Source of the DNA: Hydrolagus colliei
Lineage: Eukaryota
Direction of reading: 5' to 3'
DNA: 64,000 nucleotides
NCBI GenBank assembly: GCA_035084275.1
Contig: CM068757.1
Coordinates: forward strand, 9,672,001-9,736,000
Part shown: positions 25,092 through 35,996 of the stretch, piece by piece
Numbering within the stretch: the first letter of the stretch is position 1
How the letters are laid out: each line of letters starts with the position of its first letter
Notes under the pieces: model-generated
What the model was told of the DNA's origin: nothing
Database searches by the model: none
The model's input: only the letters and a program-made list of their open reading frames with translations
Translations under genes and position numbers: made by a program

Positions 25092-25511
25092 ACTCTCCCA
25101 CAATTACTGAAGTCAATATACCCTCTGATATTGAACACGGAGCCGAAACCACTCTGAGCTGGTCAGTGACTGGGTTCAATCCACGGCCCATTGGAATTAC
25201 TGTATTGCTGAAGAGAGAACGGGAGCAGAACACACAGCAGCTGTTTTGTTGGCAGACAACAGAGAAAACACAAGCAGAAAGAAAGAAGTCAGTGAAGATT
25301 CCTGTTACCTCTCACGTTAACGATGTCTCTATCACTTCGAAGGAGGCAACGATTGAACGGGAGACAACTGGGAATTTCAGTGTGAAGTGCAGCGTTACCA
25401 TGGTTGCTGATATATTCCGGGACAATGGTGCCGAGTTCATTATTCATGTTGAACATCAGACTATTCTTGGGAAACCTCTCATCAAATCTGTACCACTGCA
25501 TGTTAAAGGGG
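25092..25511 (+). CDS. Copy A post-TM Ig C1-like domain D7c
   Basis: ttttatag| to GGGG|gtaagt, 420 bp, open. Tandem copy of D7a/b. Confidence 0.8.
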
Positions 25512-27341
25512 GTAAGTGCTGCCTCTGTCTGGTCTCCTATCTCTCCCTCACACATCACTGTAGAAATATTGAGGTGAAGAGTGGCTTTATTCACGACTCC
25601 ACACTCACATGGTCAAAGGGGATTTATTATATTTTACGCAGTAAATAATTGGTGATTTCTGACAAATATGTAATATTATAATATAATATTGAAACCATTG
25701 TATAGTCATAAATATGGGTATGAGCTCAGTGCATGTAGCATCTCTTGTCAGAATGTTGTGGGATCGCATCACATCAGGACCTGAACTTACAGTCTGGCAT
25801 GACACTGTGCAGTGTGTGCTGGGGGAGGCCTGTAATCCTGGAGGTGCCGTCTTTTGGTTGAGGTGTTGAACCGCTGTCCCGTCTGCCTGTTCAGCTAAAC
25901 GTTAAAATTCCTACAGCACGATCAAAAAGAGAAGGGATTTTCTCCCATTGTCTTGGCCTCTATATATATCTCTCTGGCTGTGTGCGCGAATCTCTCTCTT
26001 TATGTCTCTCTATCGCTATATCTCTCATTATCTCGCTCACTCCCTCTTTCCCTCTTCTTTTCTCTTGTATTTATTTTGGGAAAAATTTAGAACTTTATTA
26101 TTCATTTGAATAATTAAATTATTAAATTATTCATTTGTTGAAAGGCCAGTGTTCACCCTGTCTGAGGGCAACTATTGTATGTTACTGGAGGCTCAGACAG
26201 GCTGTGTGCTAATGATATAGTTTAACATCACTCTACAGCTCCAGCCTGGTGCCCTCTGCCATGACATGCAGGCTTTTCACTTGTTTCTGTGGATTTTGTT
26301 TCTCGTTTGTGTCTGACACAGACATAGGCTGGAAATGTGGCTGTCTATAGCACACAGGTGTATCCCACAAATATTCCCGGATTGAGTGACCAGATTATTT
26401 GTTGAGCTATTATGTCCTGCAGAGAGTGATTGGCCAATCCACGAACCATCTAACATCTGCTTACTGCTGGGTAAACAGAAGCATGTGGAATAAGGAAATT
26501 TTTGCCCTGTAGAAGAATCTACCCTGAGGTTAGATTGAGAGGCGAGTGCTCTAGCATGTGGATTAGGTGTTGAGCCTTTCAGACCAGAAGCCCCAAGTTT
26601 CAAGCGCTGGTCTGGTAGCTGATCTGAGCTGTATGGGACAGAAGCTGTGCTGCTCCATTTGGTTTCTGGGACCCTATGTGTGAAGAGTCTGACGTCGTTC
26701 ACAATCTGGACTGAAATGTGAGAAACCCAGTGATTAAGGGAGAAAATTATTAAAGCTCATCTTACGATCAGCAACGTAGATATCTCTCACCTTTCAGATA
26801 TTGGGCAGATCAGATATGATAATAATAACTTGCATTTGCGTATAATGCCTTATATCTGAAGGATGGCTTAAAGTTCTTAATTTAGTGTGAAATGGATTGA
26901 TTGATTGTGTATTTGAAGCCATACTCGGCAGCACAATTGCATACAGCAAAGTCCCACAAACATTCATGGAATGAGTGAGCAATTTTATTCGGTGTAATAA
27001 TTATAGACCAAGACATCAGGAGGATTCCCTTCTCTCTTCGAATATTCCTGTGAGATCTTTAACATCCACTTGAACACGCAGACGGGACCTCGGTTTAACA
27101 TCTCATCCAAAGGATGTTTCGCTGCAGCTGGGAGGGAACAGCTTTAATCCTATCAACACATTTTACAGAGAATATAAAGATTTTGAGCAAATTATACAGG
27201 ACAGAATTACTATAGCGTGCTGTGCTTATGTATCATCCTGGCCCAGTTGGTAGCACTCTTGTCTCTCTGTGTCAGAAGGTAATGGTTGACCCTCTCAGTG
27301 CAGTGCTGCTGCAATGTTTACAACATGTTTCCATTTGATAA

Positions 27342-27425
27342 TTCCTGCTTAAAAAATACCCAGGGTGTGTCTGTGAGACCATAGTGTCCTGTTACTATAT
27401 ATGTCACTCCGGGGACATATAGGAT
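27342..27425 (+). pseudogene. Decayed D5-like exon relic (also at about 61170-61255)
   Basis: Same upstream SINE-head flank as D5. Acceptor tttgatag is changed to tttgataa; residual similarity to the D5 5' end; early TAA. Confidence 0.45.
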
Positions 27426-28458
27426 GTTTCAAAAGTCTTTACTGGGGTGATTCTGAGCCCGTGCTTTGAGGGATGTGACAGCTGAGAACGAAAGGGGGGC
27501 AGATGAGATTGAAAATAAAGGTCTAAAAGGCAAATCCACATGATCGTAATCTCTCATTTATCGTGTTTTCTCTCATTTATTAACAAATTCACAGAATGGC
27601 AGGGACAGGATTCACATTGAAGCCACCCCAGAACATCAGAGATCAGTCCTCTGGTCTATCGTTTAATCTTTTTTGCTAATTCGATAAATAACATAGATAA
27701 AAAGTTTGAGAGAAAAAACTTTAAAATTCTTAATTGTCTTTTACACAGCTGTGAAACTGAAGATATAGGATGTTTTATATAAAGTTAAAAATTGAATGAT
27801 ACAGAGCAACAAACAGAAGCTTCAGTGTATATTTGTGCATGTGTTAAAGTCGGAAGAGAGAGTGTGTATGTGAGTGAGGGAGAGTGTGTTTATAGACAAG
27901 CGAGAGATCGTGAAGGAGCCTGGGAATGAAACAAAGAGTAAGAGAGTGAATGGAAGAGAGAGCTCAGGCGGGAAGAGATAGAAGGAGTGACATAGAGAGG
28001 TACTGTTTCACGCAGATAATAACTGTATCGATAAAACACACGTATTGCTAGTCAGAGTTGGGAAGTCACAGAGAGAATGGAAATGAGAGTTAAAGAGTGA
28101 ATGAAAGAGAGAATGGGGAGGGAGGGCTAGAGAGAGTAATCAAAGTGCATCTCTTGAGTGGTATTGTCGATATCTCTCCTTTCGGATATGGGGCAGATCA
28201 GATCTCTGTAGCTGGGAAGCTCTCCCCACCACTAACTCAGACTCACCCATAATATCTGCCATCCGGCTACCTCCCTCTTCCCCTTCTCTCTTATTCAGGG
28301 TTGTACCCCATCCCTGAAAGCACTTTGGAGGTATTTACCTGTGTGAAGGACACATTAATCATGTTAATTTATTGTTGTTCAATTTTGAGTATATTAATAT
28401 TGTTTTCTCAATATTAATCCTTTCTGAATAACTTTCTCGCAAATTGTTTCCATTTCAG

Positions 28459-28493
28459 AGCCAACAACAGCAGCTGGTTCAGAAGGGCAGTGA
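28459..28493 (+). CDS. Copy A putative terminal coding exon (EPTTAAGSEGQ*)
   Basis: ttccatttcag| acceptor. Phase-1 reading gives 11 aa then TGA; AATAAA at 28580. Same sequence in copy B. Confidence 0.55.
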
Positions 28494-28579
28494 CTGAACA
28501 CTACCAGTAGATCAACAACAGGGTAACTAGCTATGTCACTTGCTGTCTTCCAGTTCTCTCCAGTCACTTTGTTAATTAA

Positions 28580-28585
28580 AATAAA
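28580..28585 (+). promoter_or_regulatory. Candidate polyadenylation signal, copy A
   Basis: AATAAA 87 nt after the putative stop, followed by T/GT-rich sequence; conserved at 62398. Confidence 0.45.
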
Positions 28586-31500
28586 CTTTATTGATAAAAT
28601 TAAGAGCTATGATGATGTGTTTGGGGATTAGAATGTGTTGTTTGGGTGATTAATATTTAGGAAATTCCTTTGCTTTAGATGGTGCAAATAATCGGTCTCC
28701 CAGGTACCAGACACGTGGTATCCCAAGAAAGCATGATGGCCAGTCTAACTTCTCGTCACACAAATACTGAGTGTTCGCTACAGCCACTGTCATCATCTCA
28801 GCTTTCGATTCTGACAACCACAATGTGAATATTGATCAGCTTTGTCAATCGCTGAACAGCGATTAGTAATGTGTCAATTTTTCAGAAATATAAAGAATCT
28901 CTGAAATGGTAATTTGTTAAGACCTAAGGCTTAAAGTGGCGATGCTCTGCTTGTATCTCTTGATTAAGACGCTCGCATATTAATTTTGTTTTTGACTAAG
29001 GTGCTTCGGTTGGATGTTTCCCAGATTCCCGCTCTGAGTCAGTCAAATGATTCCCAAACCATAATACCTGTGAAGTGGGCACAGTGCTGTCCAGGGACAT
29101 GCTGCCGGGTTGTCGGCGGATCTGGCTTTGTGACTGTGGCTTCCTTTCAATCCTGAGCATAAATTGGATCAACTTCCACATATATGCTTGGGACGTCCTC
29201 CTGATGAGAAAGGCACTCTATAAATGTAATTGTGTTGTTGTTGTTTTGTTGTGACTGCACTGCACTCTCCTGGTTTGTGTCCTACATAACTAACAGCCAT
29301 CACTTGTCTCTGCAAATTATTTTTCCTATTGTCACCTGTGACGTACACCAAGGTTTCATCTTTGGTCCCCTACTTTTCTTTGTATATATGCTCTGCAGAG
29401 ATTGGATCAACTTCCACATGTATGTTACTTCTCCTCCAGCTGCAACTCCAGGTCCACCAGTGTATGCAGGTTGCTGCTGTTTAATCCATAAAGCCATGGG
29501 TTTTGACAGCATGTGTGGTTTAGTGGCTTGACCTGGATTCATTTCTTGAAACAGTGGGCCCTTTTGTGTCATGTTATTTAGATGAGATATTAAACCCTCT
29601 TTGTACTTGTGCAGATGGCAAGAAGTTGGCTACAATGCTGTATTTTACTGTCATCTTGACTGGTGTTTTATTATTATGTATTATTATTGTATTATTATGT
29701 AGTACTATTACGTAAATATATAATTTTAAGCCAATTTTTGGTGTGGAAGCTGCACTTCTTTATCCAAGTCTCTTGTTCACCAATGTGGTCAAGAAGCAGT
29801 GAGTGGGAGAAGGAATGTTTTATGATAGTTTTTGTGCTATAAACCAGTGGTGGTGTTGCAGCTTGTGAGTTGAAGAAAATGTAAAGTAAGTAAGTATAAA
29901 GATATCTGTCGTAGCTGCTGCACTTCATGCAGGACAGTCGAAAGATAAAGAAACAAGAATACTCCCAAGAAGAAGAAAGAAACACAAGTTTTGCTGTGGT
30001 AAAATACCTTTCTGTATCTCACACATTGCTGTATACCGTATAAACTTTTCTTAAAAGGTTTTCTGTGAGCTTGATTATCTCCGTGTCCATAAACATAACA
30101 AGACTTAATGTCAAAACAGGTCAATCGTTTCAATTCAATGAAACATAAATAAATGAAACTAAGGGAAGCAGCAGTGGGAGTTGCAGAAATGAAGAGGGTA
30201 GGAATCATATTCTGCTTGTCAAACAGTGAAGTTTTTGGGTCGTGGGAGGTCAGTCTGATGTCCAACACATATTGAAACCCACCACCAGGCTTAGGAGTAA
30301 CTGTGATTTCTATACATTCTATCTGTATGGAAATCCCAGAGATAGATTGTTGGAACGCCATGCACACTGTCTCCCTGGAGGGATGCATTCTGCTCAACTA
30401 ATTCTGGAAAGTATGAGGCGCAGATGGGGAAGAGCCATTCTATGGGGAACATGCGTTGGGGTAACTGCTGGAGTTTAACCAGCTAAAGCCAGCATAGCTT
30501 GCCATTGATATTGCTGCCTGGCAAGCTTTCTCACAACATATCCAGCTAGGACCACCATACCGGATAATAGCCAAGCCTTTACATACCCCAGAGTGGACAC
30601 ACGTAAAGCAAAAATATGAATAATAAATTGGTCACTAAATCCCTGACTGTTTGTGGGACATTATTTGTGTGCAATTGGCTGTCACGTTTTGCCTACAATA
30701 TATATAATCAATATATATATGTAAATGTGAGATGGCTTGAAGACATAATCGGTTAGTATATCAAATTCAACGATTATTATGACATATTGTATGGAATGTA
30801 ACTATCCCCAAAACCAGGCCTGGCATCTCTCTGAGCCACTGGTGATCTTCAGACAGTTTGTTGGATGGGAAGGACCTGCGCCTGCGCCTGTCTGGGTTGG
30901 GCACTGATCAAGGAGCCTCTTTAAGGAAGGAATGTCACTGATTGTGTGAGTCTCCGGACAAGCGATGCCTGGAGCCCAGAAAGGAGTCTTTGCTTCAAGT
31001 GCAAATGAACAGTGATGTTTCAGGGCTGTGACTGGGTGTTGGCAGAAGCCAGAACAACACGAGAGGAATGTCAGGGCTGTGTGTGCTGTGGTCACACGCA
31101 TCCCTGAGTCTGTTGCTGGGGTGTCTGATCTCACCGGCAGGTAAAGTGTGTCAGCAGAGGCGGCCAGAGGTGTCCAAGCCAGAGGGTAGAGCAGCCTCCC
31201 TGCTGCCTTTGTAACATGAACACCCGGAGTAGCCCCGCTGTGTGTTAATGAGAGTCGCTGCAATGGACTTCGTTATCACTCTGGAAACTGAACCTGATGT
31301 CAACTTACATCACAACCCTCACACACCTGTACATCCACACAACATATACGCACAACATATGCACACCCACAACATATACACACACCACTCACATGTAACA
31401 TACACACACAAACCATATATACACACACAAACAACATACACATATTCACTCACCAGCTAACATTAACCTATGTGTACTTTGCTGGACTTTCCAAAGCTTG

Positions 31501-33002
31501 GAAAGTGTTGAATCCTCAACTTGCGAAAAAATCATACGACTTTTCTATATTCTGCTAAATGACAAGTTTAAACTCCTGTCTGGGTTGGGAACTGATCATG
31601 GAATTGATCCAAAGTGGCCGGAGAGGCCGAAGGGACATCGATTATTGTAGAGCAGTGATTCTCGGTCAGGCGGCTGCGTTTCAGAGGATTTGGTAACGAT
31701 CCGATCAATATACTAATGGGCTTCTTGTCACCATGTGTTGTATGTAACCTTAATGTTTGTTGGCAGTGTTTGCTGACACAGTAAGTACAGTACTGCCACC
31801 TCCTGTTAATAATACAATATATAATAATCCTGTATTTCATATAGCGCCTTATCATGTATAGACACTCACACACATATACATTGTCACATCTGGATCTTTG
31901 GATCTAACATTAGGAAACCCAACCCCTCGCTCAGTAGATTTACTGAATAAATCAGAGCTTCTCTCAGAAAATGGAACAGAAGTTGGCGAGATCTGTTTGT
32001 GGATTACAATGTGTTGTTTGGGTGATTAATATATTGAAATTCCCTTTGGTTTAGATGGTGGATATTAAGGTTCAGTTTTCTAGCCGCCAGGCGGATGGTT
32101 TGTGAGGAGAGCGCGATCCCAATCTCTACTTGCTACACACACACACACTACACATCCACTGAGTGTTCGCAACAGCCACAGTCATCGTCACGACTTTTGA
32201 TTCTGACAACCACATTGTGAATATCGATCAGCTTTGTCAGTCACTGAACGGTGATTAGAAATGTATCCGTTTTGCAGAATTTTGGAGAATCACCGTGAAT
32301 TGTGTTTATGCCCTTCAGGCCATTTGTTCGACAGTAAATTAGCTGTAATCTTTGCTGTGATCTTAGGGTTAATGTATAAATGCTTTGCTGTAGTCTGTTA
32401 TTAAACGCTCACACACTAGTTGTGTTTTTCACTGAGGTGCTTCGGCTGCATGTTTCCCAGATTCCTGCTCCGTGTCCGTTGGTAGAAAGAATCCCAAACC
32501 ATGACACACCATGGCCTGTGCCCTGTGAACAACTACAGCAAGTTACATTGGTATAGCTGGATGTGGCTTCATAAATGTGACTTCTTGTCAACGCTGAGTA
32601 ACAAGGCTGATATCTTCCAGGGGGCATCCTGTTTAACTCATGCCACAGATTGGAGACCCCAGTGTGTGCGTTGGGATATTGCTGGAGTTTAACCAGCGAA
32701 ATTCCTGTAGCTTGCCATTCACAACATCATCTGGTGTGAATGGCAAGGGCCCAGCAGGGCAAAACTTTGGACAATATTTTTTACTCTATACGCGTCTGAT
32801 TACCTAGCAGTAAGTAGGAACCTGGGTATTATTTGATTGGCAGATCACTTTACGGGGGGGGGGGGTAATAATCCCTTTCAAAAAGAATTATAATAGTAAT
32901 TTATTTGCTCACTCAATCCACGACTGGCTGTGGGACACTGTTGGTACGATTGGCTGCCGTGGTTCACCCACAAAATATAGTCAACATATTTTACACTATA
33001 TT

Positions 33003-33833
33003 CTGATTGGCTCGTATCAGCGCCTCCGCACCTCAGGCACTGGCAACATCAGCATTCAAGGCTGCACTCTCCACCTCTCAAAGCCAGTCAAGAATTTGGG
33101 CGTCTTGTTCGACCCCGAATTGTCCTTCCTCCCCCAAATCTGCGCCATGACCGGTACAGCCTTCCACCACCTCTGCAACATTGCCAGTCTCCGCCACCAC
33201 CTCCCCACCATGCTGCCGAAATACTCATCCACGTATTCATCACATCTAGGCTTGACCACAGGAATTCTTTCCTGGTCAGCCTTCCCAGCTCCTCCCTTCG
33301 CGAGCTGCAGATCATTCAGAATTCTCTCCTGTGTACTCTCCTGCACTAGACTCCGCGACATCACATCACTCCCACCCTCGCCCCTGTCCACTGGCTCCCC
33401 ATCCCCCAGAGGATCAAATTCAAGATCCTCGTCCTCACTTTCAAGGCCATTCACGGCCTTGTCACCGCCTATCTCTCCGACCTACTATCTCCCTATCAGC
33501 CTGTCCGCGCTCTCCGCTCAGCGAGCTCCACGTCTCCCGGCCGAACCGCCCTACCATCGGTGGCCGGGCTTTCAGCCTCTCTGTCCCCGCACTCTGGAAC
33601 TCCATCCCTCAACCCCCTCGCTTTGCTTGCTCCCTTTGCTCCTCCAAGGCCGGTCTCAAGACCTTCCTCTTCGACTCTGCCTTCTGCTCCCCTCCGAACT
33701 CTCCCCCCTCTCCCCCCTACTCTCCTTCCCCGACCCTTCCCCCTCTGCTCGGGTCCCGACCTAACTGTTCAGCACCTTGGGATGTCCTCCCGTCGTGAAA
33801 GGTGATCTATAAATGTAATTGTATTGTTGTTGT
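33003..33833 (+). mobile_element. 5'-truncated, frameshifted L2 LINE
   Basis: LGVLFDPELSF, HWLPIPQRIKFKIL-type frames; L2-type 3' end with (TTG)n tail. Confidence 0.8.
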
Positions 33834-34008
33834 GATTGTAAGGCGCTGTAGCCAATACAGGGATTATTATTATTATTTTTCCAACAATCTCTACATTGCA
33901 AAGGTTATTGTTGCTGTAAACATCACTACGATTAAATAAGTTGATCTGTCAAGTGCTTTCACACACTATATCTCCCTGCTGTGCTTCTCCTCGGCTCCTC
34001 TTTTCTTT

Positions 34009-34156
34009 TTCCCAGAAATGACGATAACTCGGGATCTGTGTTCCCATCTTACAGGAAATCTGCTGTGAATGCAATGGCTATCATTGTATTCACAGCAGAT
34101 TTCCTGTTAAACACCATCCCTTTCCGAGAAATCATACACGAGAGTGAAAGTGAAAG
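34009..34156 (+). promoter_or_regulatory. Candidate interferon-responsive promoter of copy B (GAS, hairpin, GAS, ISRE)
   Basis: TTCCCAGAA at 34009-34017, TTCCGAGAA at 34122-34130, AGTGAAAGTGAAAG at 34143-34156; 70-220 bp upstream of the leader ATG. Confidence 0.6.
34051..34107. repeat. 26-bp inverted repeat with 5-nt spacer
   Basis: acaggaaatctgctgtgaatgcaatg / cattgtattcacagcagatttcctgt, with one G:T mismatch. Confidence 0.9.
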
Positions 34157-34228
34157 CACAGCCCCAGTCAGTGCGGCTGGAAGCTGGAGAGAGAGACAGA
34201 CATGTTGAGGGGGACAAACTCGGCTATA

Positions 34229-34301
34229 ATGTCCTCACCCGGTGGAGCTGCCAGGGCGCTGACCCTCGTCCTGATCCTCGGGGCTTGGATTGCAGGATCA
34301 G
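34229..34301 (+). CDS. ncr3lg1-like: Copy B signal-peptide exon (MSSPGGAARALTLVLILGAWIAGS)
   Basis: ATG, hydrophobic core, phase-1 donor TCAG|gtacag matching the phase-1 V acceptor. An in-frame upstream ATG at 34202 is an alternative start. Confidence 0.75.
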
Positions 34302-34604
34302 GTACAGAAAATGCGCAAACGTTAGACTGATTTGCTGTCTCTCAGCGTGGGGAGGGGGTGGAGGGGGGGGTTGGGGGAGGTTGTGGGGGAGTCACAGCCT
34401 GAAGCGTTCTGTGTTTGGAGTTTAGCTGATAATATCAAACACTGTATGAAGAACCCAAAACGGTGTTTTGGGTTGTACAACTGGCGACCCGTGCATTCAT
34501 TTGTTCATTCATTGATTTCTTTAGAGGCTTGGGACGATTAGATAATATTAAAGCAGAATATTATGAGTAGTAACCATACAGTGTCTTTCATTAACAGATT
34601 ATAT

Positions 34605-35996
34605 TCTTTCAACTCACTCACTCCTTGAACCCCTCCAATCAGGTTTCCGCCCTGTTCACAGCATGGAAACTGCCCTGGTCAAGGTCACTAATGACATCTT
34701 AACCACCTGCGACCAGGGCTCCCCCTGCCTCCTCGTCCTCCTTGACCTGTCTGCTGCGTTCGACACAGTCGATCACACCATCCTCCTCCAACGTCTTTCC
34801 TGCCACCTCAACCTTCAAGGCACAGTCCTTGACTGGTTCCATTCCTACCTGACCCACCGCCTATACTTTGTATCTTCCAACGGTTTCTCCTCAAACCCCC
34901 GCACAGTTTCTCACGGCGTCCCTCAGGGCTCTGTCCTCGCCCCCTCCTTTTCACCATTTACACGCTCCCTCTGGGCGATGTCATCCGCAAACATGGGGTA
35001 AATTTCCACGTGTATGTGGATGACACATACACGTACCTTTCTGCCTCATCCCTCAACCTCCAGACCATCGATGTTCTGACAGCATGTCTGTCCGACATTG
35101 AGTCCTGGACGAGGGACAACTTCCTCCAATTGAACGTGAGGAAGACCGAGGCCCTCCTGATTGGCTCAAGCCAGCGCCTCTGCACATCGGGCGCTGCCAG
35201 CCTCAACATCCAAGGCTATTCTCTCCACCTCACAAAGCCAGTCAGGAACCTCGGCATCAAGTTCGACCAAAAACTCTCCTTCCTCCCCCACATCCGTGCC
35301 TTGACCGGCACCGCTTACTTCCACCTGCGCAACATTGCCAGGCTCCGCAACTATCTTACCCCCCACGCTGCCGAAACACTCGTACATCACCTCAAGGCTG
35401 GACTACGGAAACTCTATCCTCGTCGGCCTCCCCAGTTCCTCCATTCACAGGCTGCAGGCCATTCAAAACTCTGCAGCCCGTGGTATTATCCCGCACCCGC
35501 CTCCTCGACCACATAACCCCCACCCTCGCCCGTCTCCACTGGCTCCCCATCCTCCAGAGGATCGAGTTCAAGATCCTCGTCCTCACCTTCAAGGCCTTAC
35601 ATGGCCTTGCCCCGCCCTATTTAGCCAACTTACTCTCCCCCTACAAGCCCACCCAGACCCTCCGTTCAGCAGCACTTGGCTTGCTCCAAGACCGCCGCCC
35701 GAACCGCCCCACCATCGGAGGCCGGGCCTTCAGTTTTTCTGCTCCGACCTTATGGAATTCCATCCCCCAATCCCTGCGTCTTGTTTCTTCCCTTTCCTCT
35801 TTCAAGGCCGGTTTGATGACTTTCCTCTTCGACCGTGCCTTTTGTTCCACCCCGAATTCTTCGACCTCCCCTACGCGTTTCACCCCTTCCCGTACACTCC
35901 CCTCCCAGCTCGGGTCACACGCCTACTGTGCAGCGCCTTGGGACGTCCTCCCGGCGTGAAAGGCGCTTTATAAGTGTAATTTGTTGTCGTTGTTGT
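34605..35996 (+). mobile_element. 5'-truncated L2 LINE with RT remnants
   Basis: [43 protein letters not shown] over several frameshifts; (TTG)n tail. Confidence 0.88.

Larger units (their letters stand above)
17560..26560 (+). repeat. Tandem 3.3-3.8 kb exon-containing units (D7a, D7b, D7c)
   Basis: Exon starts at 17980, 21769 and 25092 with near-identical flanks, SINEs and Tigger in register. Confidence 0.9.
2363..28493 (+). other. ncr3lg1-like: Gene model copy A (5'-truncated by window): IgC1+TM exon, 9 post-TM Ig C1-like exons, terminal exon; B7-H6/NCR3LG1-like
   Basis: 11 exons, all AG/GT bounded, phase 1 and open; internal exon lengths all multiples of 3. Paralogous exon-for-exon to copy B. 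Confidence 0.75.

Noticed and set aside
3236-25511. D exons as a separate gene or as Ig heavy-chain constant exons
   Set aside because: No leader or promoter is evident in the 423-bp intron after the TM exon, the phases match the TM donor, canonical Cys and Trp are missing, and no downstream TM or secretory tail is seen.
3236-28493. ITIM/ITAM signalling motifs in the tail
   Set aside because: Tyrosines are rare in the D domains and none fits a convincing consensus.
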